Shown: one piece after another, positions 26,568 through 35,056 of the stretch
Position numbering within the stretch: position 1 is the stretch's first letter
Layout: each line of letters begins with the position of its first letter
DNA from: a virus
IMG/VR virus record: IMGVR_UViG_3300045988_105766
Strand: one strand, 5' to 3'
DNA length: 46,812 bases
The notes under the pieces: model-generated
The model's input: only the letters and a program-made list of their open reading frames with translations
Databases searched by the model: none
Told to the model about the DNA's origin: nothing
Translations under genes and position numbers: made by a program

Positions 26568-26773
26568 TATCTATACTCCTTTCCTGTATCTTTATCTCTC
26601 AATACGATACGTCCGACCATTTCATACCCTGCAATATCTATCATCTGCTTTAATACGCTTACAAGGTTTGTTACTTCCGGGTTGTATTCCCTTTTCTTTA
26701 CCTTTGGTTCTGTTTCGTGGATTGCTGCCCCGGCTGTGGGGTCGGCATATCCCTCTTTGTTTCTGTATGCCAT
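26567..26773 (-). CDS. hypothetical small protein
   Basis: 68 aa from MAYRNKEGYADPTAGAA. The 131-aa track ORF was trimmed because it overlaps parA. Confidence 0.5.
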   Translation of the reverse strand: MAYRNKEGYADPTAGAAIHETEPKVKKREYNPEVTNLVSVLKQMIDIAGYEMVGRIVLRDKDTGKEYR

Positions 26774-26774
26774 T

Positions 26775-27527
26775 CTATCCCTCCAAATACTCCTTAACGA
26801 ATGTCTTGTAATCCCTTGCTGCTCCCGACCTCGGAGAATACTGCATAAGGCTTTGTGTGGTAAATGTGACCTCGTCCGCCTTTTCCGTTCTCCTAATATG
26901 TGTTCTGAATACCGGGTATCTCTGATTCTGCAAGTATTCCTCTCCCTGTCTGCATACATCACGGTTATAGAACATTGTTACAAGGCATCCTCTAAACTTT
27001 AATTTCGGGTTAAGCTGTTTTGCATTGTTTATCTGTTCCTCTAATTCTTTCATGCCGTCAAATGCGTAGCCGTCAATCTTAATCGGTATAATAACCTCGT
27101 CTGCTGCCACTAAGGCATTTATGACAGATATATTTATATCCGGCGGACAATCAATAATACAGTAATCAAATATGTCCTTTACCTTTTCCAATTCCTTAGA
27201 CAGGATTGTTACTTGGTCTATATCCTCGTTCTTGATTACATCAAGGTTTGCTGTTAAAAGGCTCATATTGGCAGGTACAACAGCAATGTTCCCATTTGCC
27301 CCAAGCTGCATTACATCCGTTAATGTTTTCTCTCCTGTAAGCACATCCGCAAAACTCGGTGCTTCATCATTCCATACACCGCACGCCTTGGATAAATTCC
27401 CCTGCTTGTCGTTGTCGATAATCAATACTTTCTTGTCGTAATCTTCCGCTAAGATATAACCCATGTTTACACTTGTGGTTGTCTTAGCACATCCGCCTTT
27501 CATGTTAATAATTGCAATAGTTTTCAT
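26775..27527 (-). CDS. parA: ParA/Soj-family partition ATPase
   Basis: 250 aa with deviant Walker A (NMKGGCAKTTT). Confidence 0.9.
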   Translation of the reverse strand: MKTIAIINMKGGCAKTTTSVNMGYILAEDYDKKVLIIDNDKQGNLSKACGVWNDEAPSFADVLTGEKTLTDVMQLGANGNIAVVPANMSLLTANLDVIKNEDIDQVTILSKELEKVKDIFDYCIIDCPPDINISVINALVAADEVIIPIKIDGYAFDGMKELEEQINNAKQLNPKLKFRGCLVTMFYNRDVCRQGEEYLQNQRYPVFRTHIRRTEKADEVTFTTQSLMQYSPRSGAARDYKTFVKEYLEG

Positions 27528-27796
27528 TTGCTTTTACCTCCTGTTAATACTCTTTGTGCTTCCTTAAAGTCCATTTTCTTAAATGCTCTAAGTATCCGGG
27601 CGAATACCGCCCCTGCCCGTCTGCCAAGTTCCTTATTCATAAAAGCTAAATCCTCGGAAGTAAATACTACTTTTAATTCCGGGTCGTTTATGATATTTTT
27701 GGCTTGTATTACCTCGATACCGCATAGGGTTCTTACTCCGCTTTTGAAATAATCCCTATCCTCCTGTGTCATTGGTATTTTTCCTATATTTGCCAT
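27524..27796 (-). CDS. hypothetical protein
   Basis: 90-aa ORF overlapping the parA start by 4 nt. Confidence 0.5.
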   Translation of the reverse strand: MANIGKIPMTQEDRDYFKSGVRTLCGIEVIQAKNIINDPELKVVFTSEDLAFMNKELGRRAGAVFARILRAFKKMDFKEAQRVLTGGKSK

Positions 27797-27936
27797 ATCG
27801 TTTTATCCCTTTCTATTGGTTTTCCACATTCGGGGCAAAATTTTAACGGTCTTGGACTAAATGTTATTTCCCCTCTTTTTCTATTCATTCTGTCGTATGT
27901 CCGAATTGTTATTTTTACCTTTGCAACATTTGTCAT
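27784..27936 (-). CDS. possible small zinc-ribbon protein (50 aa, below the track cutoff)
   Basis: ATG at 27936, TAG at 27784. Contains FCPECG. Translated by hand. Confidence 0.3.
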   Translation of the reverse strand: MTNVAKVKITIRTYDRMNRKRGEITFSPRPLKFCPECGKPIERDKTIWQI

Positions 27937-28350
27937 TTTTTTGCTCTTCATTCGGAAGTCCTGTAAAAATTTCTCTGTTTTCTTTAATCTCTTTACATGT
28001 TTTACAAGTTTTCAATTCTTTTCCTCCTTTCCTGTGTGTTTGCACACTTTATACAATTTCTAAATGGCTTTAGGCACTCTATAAAGCGTGCAAGCCTGTT
28101 TTATGGTGGACTTCTTGGCATATATCCACCGCCTTTCCCGGCTATGTGATAGGCGTTGCAATTTTTCGCATTAAAAAATTACTAAAAACCTGTCGACTTA
28201 CTGCACGCTCTCTAGTTGGCGTACCCACTGCTATTTTTTCACTCTATCCCTGCTACGGCTATTGGCTTGCCCTCGTCAGAAAACAGGTTGCCGACCTGTC
28301 TTGACGGCTCGTGGCGGTTGCCCCTTGCCGTTTCGGCTCTTTGCCGTGTT

Positions 28351-28629
28351 TTATATCTCAAAATTATTTGTTGCTATTGCTAATTCTCTTAATGCTTCCT
28401 CTTTACCGCAAATTTTATAGTATTCAGATAGTAGTTGCATTGTCTTTATTGTTTGTCCTCTCTTTATAAGTTCCTCTGCCAACTTTTCAATTCCACACCA
28501 TTTATTGCCGTCTCCTTTTTCAAAACATAATTCCTGTAATTCGTGAAATATCTTTGTTTTTCTATCATCTAATGCAGAAATATTTTTATTCCATTCTGTG
28601 TATTTCTCTTTCAACTGTACTTTTGTCAT
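28351..28629 (-). CDS. hypothetical protein
   Basis: 92-aa ORF, the first gene after operator cluster 1. Confidence 0.55.
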   Translation of the reverse strand: MTKVQLKEKYTEWNKNISALDDRKTKIFHELQELCFEKGDGNKWCGIEKLAEELIKRGQTIKTMQLLSEYYKICGKEEALRELAIATNNFEI

Positions 28630-28669
28630 ATCTCTTACCTCCGTTTTGCTTTCCTTTGATGATTTTATT

Positions 28670-28768
28670 ATATACTTATATAAGTATATTTACAACCCGG
28701 GATAATCAACAAATATACTTATATAAGTACATCTATCTTTTGTGCAACTTGTATACTTATATAAGTAT
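28670..28768. promoter_or_regulatory. operator cluster 1: three copies of the ATACTTATATAAGTAT palindrome
   Basis: Copies at 28670-28689 (perfect 20-bp palindrome), 28715-28730 (15/16) and 28753-28768 (16/16). Intergenic, upstream of the start at 28629. Confidence 0.75.
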
Positions 28769-29064
28769 CATTCCTGTATTGTCTTTTTCTTCTCTTCCAA
28801 CTGCTTCCTTTTGTCTTTCAGATATTCCATATATTCTCCGTATGTCATTCCCGGCGGTGTGATTCTTCTTTGTGCTTCTCTCGCCTGTTTCGCCTTTTGG
28901 CTTAATACTGCTGCCTTGCTTACCGTCTTTTTCTCTTCTCTCTTTGGTTCTTCGGGTTTAATCCCTAATCTCCTTGCCTGTCGGTTTGGCTTTGCCTTGT
29001 TATATGTCAATGTCCTTTCCTGTTGGAATGGTATTACTTTCCTGTTTCTTCTCTTCTTTGCCAT
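28768..29064 (-). CDS. hypothetical basic protein
   Basis: Start set at MAKKRRNRK. Lys/Arg-rich. Confidence 0.45.
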   Translation of the reverse strand: MAKKRRNRKVIPFQQERTLTYNKAKPNRQARRLGIKPEEPKREEKKTVSKAAVLSQKAKQAREAQRRITPPGMTYGEYMEYLKDKRKQLEEKKKTIQE

Positions 29065-29284
29065 AACTGCCCCTTTCCAAATCGTCCGCAATTTCTGTTA
29101 TACTCTGCATACAGGCTTTTATATTCGTGTCCGTGTCTGCCGTTATGCTTAATATGTTGCTTATCTGTCGTAACCTTTTTATCTGTTTTGGGTCAACTGC
29201 TGCCTTTTTCAGACATTCCGGGCATATCTCTATGCCCTCCAATGCCTTTTCTCCACATAAGCTACATTTCTTCATGTGTACCAA
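29000..29284 (-). CDS. hypothetical CxxC...CxxC protein
   Basis: 94 aa with CSLCG...CPEC. Confidence 0.45.
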   Translation of the reverse strand: MVHMKKCSLCGEKALEGIEICPECLKKAAVDPKQIKRLRQISNILSITADTDTNIKACMQSITEIADDLERGSYGKEEKKQESNTIPTGKDIDI

Positions 29285-29342
29285 CTCCTATTTTCTAAAG
29301 AACTTCAATACTCTTTCGTTCCACCAATACTTAAATACCGCC

Positions 29343-30509
29343 TTATAAAAGGCTCTCGTCTTTTCTTTCATTGTTCTTTTCTTCCTCCTGTAGGATTCGT
29401 ATAATGCCTATATAGAGCCTTTCCGCACAATATACGCATATACTGTTACCTATTGCCCTGTATCGTGCCGTATCGGCTATAATATTGCCGTCTGCTCCGT
29501 ATTTCGTCCAATCGTCCGGGTATCCCTGTAATCGTTCTCCCTCAACAGGTGTAAGCCTGCGGATTATATATACAACTTTCTGTGTTGCTTTCTTCAACAG
29601 GTCTTTAATGCTTTTCTTTGGAGTGCTAGGGATATTCCCCTTTGTCTTGGTACTCTCTGTTATCAGAGTTTCCGACCCTCCGCCGTAAGCCCCCCCCGCT
29701 GCCCTTAAAGTGCCGTTAATCTGTGTTTCCCTGTATCCTCCGTGCTGATTCTCTTCAAAGGCTTTCTTATCGGTTACAATCAATGGGGTATCTCCCCTTA
29801 CGGTATTATTCTGTCCTGCGGTTAATGTTCCGCTTGTATCGCTCTCCCTGTATCCGTGGTGTTGGTATGCTTCGTAAAATACGCTGTGAATATCTGCCGT
29901 TGTGAGTGTCGGGCAAGGTCCCCCGACCTTTCCAACGCCTAATCCGTTGCTTGCCTTATTTCTTGTAACTTCATCCCTTAAAGGTATTACGCTTCGTTTC
30001 TCTTCGTACATGATGCAAGGTGTTTGACCTCCGCCACGCCCCATATTCTGTACTAAGGTTGGGGTAATATCTTTATATGTTCTTACCACGCTGTCGGCGT
30101 GTGCAAAATCAAGACCTAAAACCTCCCCCCCCTCGGCTACTTTCTGCTCTAAGGCTATTCGTAGATTGTCCGGCAGCTTCCGCCCTTTGTTCTTTGCTCT
30201 TCGGAGTATACCCAAGCACGCTTTCGCACTTAAATAATATTTCTCCGGCACGTTGTCCTCCAAAATCTCCGATAAGGTAGATTCGTTTTCTACGTTGGGG
30301 TACTCCCCAATATTGAGCATCAAGGATTCTCCAAGCGGTGTCAACCTCCCCCCCTCTAACCATTCCTGCGGTTGCCCATTTACCACTTGCAGGCATTGGA
30401 ATATTGGCGTTTGTGACTTTTTCAAGCACGGCTCTAAAATCCTCTCCGCCGTTACTTGAAAAAGCTCCGGGTACGTTCTCCCAAATAATGAAAGTTGGAT
30501 ATTGTCCAT
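29343..30509 (-). CDS. C5 DNA methyltransferase, C-terminal part (TRD plus motifs IX-X); its first 133 codons lie in an alternative frame of the N-terminal part
   Basis: RRLTPVEGERLQGYPDDWT and RYRAIGNSI motifs. ATG 30509 has GAGG about 10 nt upstream. Overlaps 30109-30855 by 401 nt. Confidence 0.7.
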   Translation of the reverse strand: MDNIQLSLFGRTYPELFQVTAERILEPCLKKSQTPIFQCLQVVNGQPQEWLEGGRLTPLGESLMLNIGEYPNVENESTLSEILEDNVPEKYYLSAKACLGILRRAKNKGRKLPDNLRIALEQKVAEGGEVLGLDFAHADSVVRTYKDITPTLVQNMGRGGGQTPCIMYEEKRSVIPLRDEVTRNKASNGLGVGKVGGPCPTLTTADIHSVFYEAYQHHGYRESDTSGTLTAGQNNTVRGDTPLIVTDKKAFEENQHGGYRETQINGTLRAAGGAYGGGSETLITESTKTKGNIPSTPKKSIKDLLKKATQKVVYIIRRLTPVEGERLQGYPDDWTKYGADGNIIADTARYRAIGNSICVYCAERLYIGIIRILQEEEKNNERKDESLL

Positions 30510-30855
30510 TTGTTGCTAACCTCATTTCTCTTATAATTCTTATTGCGTGTATGAATAACCCGGAACGATTACCTTTAAGTCCTTTTCTCTTTCCGGCTAT
30601 GCTCAAATCTTGGCAAGGACTTCCAAAGGTTATAATATCCACGGGTTGTATTTCATCCCCTTTAAGTTCCGTAACGCTTCCAACGTGCATTACATCCTTA
30701 AAACGGTATCTTGTTATGTCGATACAATTCGGTTCTACCTCTGCGGCCCATAACGGTTTAATGGTGCATCCTGTATCTATCCCGCTCGGTATGCCTGCTG
30801 CATAGCAGAAACCTCCGATACCGTCAAATAGGCTACCTAGTGTTAATTGTTTCAA
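30109..30855 (-). CDS. C5 DNA methyltransferase, N-terminal part (motifs I-VIII), ending just after a G8 tract
   Basis: LGSLFDGIGGF (I), FGSPCQDLS (IV), ENVPG (VI), QRRKRIYL (VIII). TTG start at 30855 with GGAGGG 6 nt upstream. Confidence 0.85.
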   Translation of the reverse strand: MKQLTLGSLFDGIGGFCYAAGIPSGIDTGCTIKPLWAAEVEPNCIDITRYRFKDVMHVGSVTELKGDEIQPVDIITFGSPCQDLSIAGKRKGLKGNRSGLFIHAIRIIREMRLATNGQYPTFIIWENVPGAFSSNGGEDFRAVLEKVTNANIPMPASGKWATAGMVRGGEVDTAWRILDAQYWGVPQRRKRIYLIGDFGGQRAGEILFKCESVLGYTPKSKEQRAEAAGQSTNSLRAESSRGGGGFRS

Positions 30856-31166
30856 CGCTTGCCCTCCTTTCTGTTTTTCTTCTCCTGTTTTCTCTTGGCG
30901 TATTCCTGTAAGTATCTTTCCTGTTCTTTGTCCTCTTCCATTCTTGCTAATCTTTTTTGATACCTTTTGTATATTTTGCAATCCTTTTCGCAATCGGGGC
31001 AAGTTCTATACGGACACCCGATACATTCATGTAATCCGCCGTTCTCGTCCATATCAATACCGAATACATAAGAGAAAAACATAATAGCGAACGGAAGAAT
31101 AAATAATACTGCTGCCACGGCAACAATGATTAAAATTACTGTTATTATTGTTTTCATTCCTGCCAA
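30852..31166 (-). CDS. small membrane protein with a Cys cluster
   Basis: 104 aa with an N-terminal TM segment and CIGCPYRTCPDCEKDC. Confidence 0.5.
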   Translation of the reverse strand: MAGMKTIITVILIIVAVAAVLFILPFAIMFFSYVFGIDMDENGGLHECIGCPYRTCPDCEKDCKIYKRYQKRLARMEEDKEQERYLQEYAKRKQEKKNRKEGKR

Positions 31167-31447
31167 TCCTCCAACTTTTTAACCCTTGTCTGTAGGTTGC
31201 TTATTGTTACTTTCATTTCCTCAATCTGATAAGGCAGTACGTCCGTATTCTCAAACATATAAAGGACTTCTACCGCCCGGCTTATCGGTACACCGTTTTT
31301 TATTCTCGGTTTGTTGGTCTTTGGGTCAATCTCTGTAAGTCTGCTGTTCTTTGGTTTCCTCTTGGTGTCCTTTGCCGGTCCTGGCATTGCTTTATTCATC
31401 ATCTTGTAATACGGAATCTCTGCCCCTACAATTCCGTTAAGTCGCAC
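31154..31447 (-). CDS. hypothetical protein
   Basis: 97-aa ORF. Confidence 0.45.
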   Translation of the reverse strand: MRLNGIVGAEIPYYKMMNKAMPGPAKDTKRKPKNSRLTEIDPKTNKPRIKNGVPISRAVEVLYMFENTDVLPYQIEEMKVTISNLQTRVKKLEDWQE

Positions 31448-31811
31448 TTGCTAAACCTCCTTGTGTTGTTTCGTTTTCCGCTTTCTTACTCGCTACTGCT
31501 GCCGTGTTTATCTCCTGCTCCAACTTCTCCCAAATCAGAGGAATCATTAACTTACAAACTATCATTGTGTGTATTCTGCTTGGTGCTTCCGTCAATCTCT
31601 CGCACATATATACGAACAATAAGCCTGCATTGGCATCCCCCTCCCAATCCGGGTTATCTTCTCTTGATTTCTTAAATAGTGCCGTTTCTTTGTACTGCTG
31701 CCCTAACTCCTGTAAGATTTCTATTGAACGGTCTGTAAATATTACCTCTCCGCCCTCTTTGACCTCTGTAACGGTCAACAGTTCCATAATTTTATCTTTT
31801 TCGCTCTGCAT
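31437..31811 (-). CDS. hypothetical protein
   Basis: 124-aa ORF. Confidence 0.45.
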   Translation of the reverse strand: MQSEKDKIMELLTVTEVKEGGEVIFTDRSIEILQELGQQYKETALFKKSREDNPDWEGDANAGLLFVYMCERLTEAPSRIHTMIVCKLMIPLIWEKLEQEINTAAVASKKAENETTQGGLASAT

Positions 31812-32421
31812 TTTCGTATGCTCCTTTCAATTCCTCGGTGTGCATTAAGAAGTGTACCGCTCCGTCAAACTTTACTTTGTATTCTTCTATATCCTCGGAT
31901 TTTAAATACTGTCTGCCGTACATTTCTTTCATATCTCGCCATACATTCCAAGGAATAAAGAAAAAATCATCCTGTATACAGATACACACCCCACATAACG
32001 CTCCTAATCTGCTGTGTTTTTCCAATACGTCCATTTGCGTATCTGTGAGCACGTTCCGGGTTATCCTGTCTTTACTCGTCCTCTTGGCTTCAAACATTAT
32101 CGAACGCCCACCGTATAAGGTCCCTTGAAAGTCAGGCTGTGCGTGTGTGCTGAATCTCCCTGTAAATTCTCCTGTCCTGTGGTTCTTACTCGTTACTCTG
32201 AACGGCTCTGGCGTTTTATCAATGCTTGCTATTCCGTGGCTTTCGTACATTCTGCACCCGGCTAATATCTCTCTTTCAAAGTGCTGCCCCTGTGCATTGT
32301 TAAGCCTGTTCTTGTACTGCTGTCGTATCTTATTTTCGTCTACTGCTGCACCTCTTGCATTTTTCCATGCCTGCAACTCTTTTTCTGTGTCCGATTCGGT
32401 CACAATCCCTTTGTTTATCAA
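31792..32421 (-). CDS. recU: RecU-like Holliday junction resolvase
   Basis: 209 aa with HFEREI...QPDFQG...GGRSIMFEAKRT, matching the RecU catalytic pattern. Confidence 0.7.
   Translation of the reverse strand: MINKGIVTESDTEKELQAWKNARGAAVDENKIRQQYKNRLNNAQGQHFEREILAGCRMYESHGIASIDKTPEPFRVTSKNHRTGEFTGRFSTHAQPDFQGTLYGGRSIMFEAKRTSKDRITRNVLTDTQMDVLEKHSRLGALCGVCICIQDDFFFIPWNVWRDMKEMYGRQYLKSEDIEEYKVKFDGAVHFLMHTEELKGAYENAERKR
32386..32404. repeat. 19-bp near-palindrome copy E (TGTGTCCGATTCGGTCACA)
   Basis: Inside the recU-like CDS (aa 7-12); reads VTESDT. Confidence 0.8.
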
Positions 32422-32669
32422 TGTTTTTCGCTCCTTTTTGTTAGTTCATTCCACGGTATCAACTGCATACGTTTTTTACCGTCTAATTCGTAAATAAATG
32501 ATACTGTTCCATTTTTTAAGCTATGTTCTGTGATAATGTCCGTTATCTGCATTTCTGCTGTGCCTAATCTTCTCGGATAGCCTGTAATAGCCATTCCCTC
32601 AATTATTGCAACTTCTACAATATCGCCCAACTCATAAGGGCAATGTGCCATGAATACCGCCTGCTGCAT
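32418..32669 (-). CDS. hypothetical protein
   Basis: 83-aa ORF. Confidence 0.45.
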   Translation of the reverse strand: MQQAVFMAHCPYELGDIVEVAIIEGMAITGYPRRLGTAEMQITDIITEHSLKNGTVSFIYELDGKKRMQLIPWNELTKRSEKH

Positions 32670-32670
32670 A

Positions 32671-33243
32671 TTAACAACCGCTCCTTTCTCTGATTTCGTG
32701 AATGTGTAGTGTGTAATATTCCTTTCCGGGTTCTGCTCCCCATTCTTCTTTACCTACCTTAACATCTAATGAACACAATGCGGTAAACTGTGGTCTACTG
32801 CTGCCGTATCCGTTTCTGAATCCTATTAACTGTTTATCAAGTCCTGTAGGAATATTTGAGTTTGGGTACATTTCAAATATTTTCTTAAACCTCGTTGTAT
32901 AATACGGTTTAATCTCTCTGTATTCCTCCTGTTTGTCCCCGGAAAGAATCATGTTGAACCATTTACCCTTAATTGGTAATATCATTATTTCAACCGCTTC
33001 TATTTCATCATCACAAAACAACCTTGTCATTCCGTTATGATAATGTTCTGCATACTGCTTATCGACTTTTAAATTTGCCCTTGCGTATCTGTCGTAGGTT
33101 GATTCTGCCGTAATCGTTCCTGTTATTCCTGTCATATCTTCGTTACAATCCCCTGCCATTCCATACCTGTAATGCAGTACCGACTTGGCATTTATAATTC
33201 TTATTCGTTGCCCCACTTTGTACTCTTTACCGCCTATCTGCAT
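32671..33243 (-). CDS. ASCH-like domain protein
   Basis: 190 aa; the C-terminal half has KWFNMILSGDKQEEYREIKPYY. Confidence 0.5.
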   Translation of the reverse strand: MQIGGKEYKVGQRIRIINAKSVLHYRYGMAGDCNEDMTGITGTITAESTYDRYARANLKVDKQYAEHYHNGMTRLFCDDEIEAVEIMILPIKGKWFNMILSGDKQEEYREIKPYYTTRFKKIFEMYPNSNIPTGLDKQLIGFRNGYGSSRPQFTALCSLDVKVGKEEWGAEPGKEYYTLHIHEIRERSGC

Positions 33244-33898
33244 TGCCTACCTCCATTTTCCTAACTTTATTTTTTAAAAGTTCCTGTAATTTCTTTTTCT
33301 TCACATTCTCCGGCTTTCTGTCCTCATACTCCTGTTGGCTCTTCTCCCACGCTTCTACAGGTACGCCCTCCATGTACTCCAATGGTTCAAATGTATCGGG
33401 GTTAAAGTTTTTCGGTATCTTTCCCTCTAACGCTTCTCTCTTTAAAGTTTCTTTCCACGAATGGTCTACTTTGTATCTGTCGCAAGTAAAATATGTGTAG
33501 TTGAAACTCGTTACTTCTCTTCCGTATCCTGCGTTTATATGTGGCATAACATTACGGCGGTTTTCCGGTCCTTTTGGGTGTGTGCAATATATTCCGTTCG
33601 GGTATTCCGATTCTGTATGAAAGCCATTGAAATACTCACACATTCCACAGATTCCATAAAATTCATTCGGTCTACACGGTCCGCAATGCTCTGTATATAC
33701 TTCTTGGTCTGTGAGGTCAAAACTCTTTGTATTATCGTTCCAATGCAAAGACCTACCGCTAAATATGCCGATTTTACACGGTGTATCATATTTATTTTTC
33801 CCTGTGCCGTATTCAAAGTTTTCTTCGCTATCTCTGAATCTGCAATATTTACAATCCGTTTCCCAAATCTTGGGCGGTATCATTTTGTTTTTATCCAT
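33227..33898 (-). CDS. hypothetical Cys-rich protein
   Basis: 223-aa ORF. Confidence 0.45.
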   Translation of the reverse strand: MDKNKMIPPKIWETDCKYCRFRDSEENFEYGTGKNKYDTPCKIGIFSGRSLHWNDNTKSFDLTDQEVYTEHCGPCRPNEFYGICGMCEYFNGFHTESEYPNGIYCTHPKGPENRRNVMPHINAGYGREVTSFNYTYFTCDRYKVDHSWKETLKREALEGKIPKNFNPDTFEPLEYMEGVPVEAWEKSQQEYEDRKPENVKKKKLQELLKNKVRKMEVGNADRR

Positions 33899-33901
33899 TC
33901 T

Positions 33902-34771
33902 TTAATCCCTCACTTTCCGTAATCGCAGGTAGCAATTCCACCCTGTATAATCGTTGTATTCAAAATCAATCTTGGTAGGCTCATACCCTTTGTATAACTT
34001 TCTCCATACCTCCTTATCTTCCGGGGTCTTTGCATATTCTCTAAGTTTTCTAAAACTCCATTTATGGTCGTTTTTCTTAACCTTTGGTTTTTTAAGATTC
34101 ATTGATGTAGACCATTTTTTGCAACCCTTTTTACGCTTGTTTATGTAATTTACGATGCCCTCTAATCCGTTTTCATTCGGCTGCAACCTGTCACAGTTCA
34201 CGAATCCGTAATAATCTACATTGGTTCTGTATTCCGGGTCATTTGCCTTTTTCCAATTTATCCTTGTTTTGCTCCACATCAACTCTAAATCGTCACGGTT
34301 TAACCCTCCGCTATTGATTATGATATGGTGGTGGATTCTGACAGCTTTTGTACTCTTATCGTCCGAATCAATCCCTTGTAATGTAAGCTGCCCCTCTTCC
34401 TCTTCCGGGGTGTACTCGGTAACAAGCATATACTTTAAATCTTCGCCTGTTTCCCTCTTCATTCTTCTTTTGATACGGTCTAAATAGTTATGCACATTCT
34501 TTTCCGCTTCCTCCAAGGACATAGGTAAATGCTCGTTGTTGTATGTAGCCGATATATGAAAATCATTAGTACCAAAATTTGTGTTGGCAATCTGTACGAA
34601 TCTTCTTTTACTTCTCTTGTCATTGAGGTTTTTTTGAGCCTGTGAGGATTTACCACTTTTCCCCTTGCCTACTTCCGGCATATTTGTAACTGCTACTATA
34701 TCAACCTCTAAGTATTCCTCTCCGCAATATATCCTCTTCTCACGGATAAAGTTCTTTCTCTTCTTTGCCAT
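33902..34771 (-). CDS. putative HUH-type replication initiator
   Basis: 289 aa with a RIHHHIIIN (HUH-like) motif and a downstream Y-containing GIVNYINKRKKG. First gene after operator cluster 2. Confidence 0.5.
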   Translation of the reverse strand: MAKKRKNFIREKRIYCGEEYLEVDIVAVTNMPEVGKGKSGKSSQAQKNLNDKRSKRRFVQIANTNFGTNDFHISATYNNEHLPMSLEEAEKNVHNYLDRIKRRMKRETGEDLKYMLVTEYTPEEEEGQLTLQGIDSDDKSTKAVRIHHHIIINSGGLNRDDLELMWSKTRINWKKANDPEYRTNVDYYGFVNCDRLQPNENGLEGIVNYINKRKKGCKKWSTSMNLKKPKVKKNDHKWSFRKLREYAKTPEDKEVWRKLYKGYEPTKIDFEYNDYTGWNCYLRLRKVRD

Positions 34772-34824
34772 ACCGTTTATTCTCCTTATACTACAAGTCC
34801 ATAAGGGTACACCTATTAAACCAT

Positions 34825-34856
34825 ATACTTATACAAGTATAGTCTTATATAAGTAT
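34825..34856. promoter_or_regulatory. operator cluster 2: two abutting degenerate palindrome copies
   Basis: Copies at 34825-34840 (15/16) and 34841-34856 (14/16), upstream of the start at 34771. Confidence 0.6.
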
Positions 34857-34952
34857 ATAATTTTATGAATGTCCTAGATGTTAATACCCCATACAAGGTC
34901 CTCAACACGCCCTTTTTATAGCCTTTTGGCGTGTGATTTCAAGGCTTTTTTA

Positions 34953-34981
34953 TTGACTTTGTGTAAGCCTTATAGTATAAT
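34953..34981 (+). promoter_or_regulatory. near-consensus sigma-70-type promoter on the plus strand
   Basis: TTGACT (34953-34958), a 17-nt spacer, then TATAAT (34976-34981), preceded by a T-rich tract. Confidence 0.55.
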
Positions 34982-34987
34982 TTGAAT

Positions 34988-35056
34988 AGGTGTAATTATC
35001 GCTATAAGGCGGTACAGGGAACTTGCATAAGCCACTATGCAAGTTCCTTTTCTTTT
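34988..35056 (+). ncRNA. candidate ~70-nt small RNA (promoter to intrinsic terminator), antisense to the 3' end of CDS 35035-35649
   Basis: No ORF or SD. A 12-bp perfect stem (35018-35029 / 35036-35047) with a 6-nt loop is followed by TTTTCTTTT on the plus strand only. Confidence 0.4.

Noticed and set aside
26567-26962. The 131-aa ORF overlapping the 3' end of parA.
   Set aside because: Its upstream 63 codons overlap the well-supported ParA gene in another frame. Only the distal 68 codons, starting at an ATG right after the parA stop, were kept.
28270-28300. A hammerhead-ribozyme-like CUGACGA box on the minus strand of the 28036-28350 non-coding region.
   Set aside because: The flanking sequence does not form the required stem II/GAAA/stem III core. 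It is an isolated 7-mer match only.
28670-28768. The clusters of repeated palindromes as CRISPR arrays or MITEs.
   Set aside because: There are only 2-3 copies per cluster with irregular spacing (16-43 bp). They are AT-rich perfect palindromes at promoters, and there are no cas genes. An operator function fits better.
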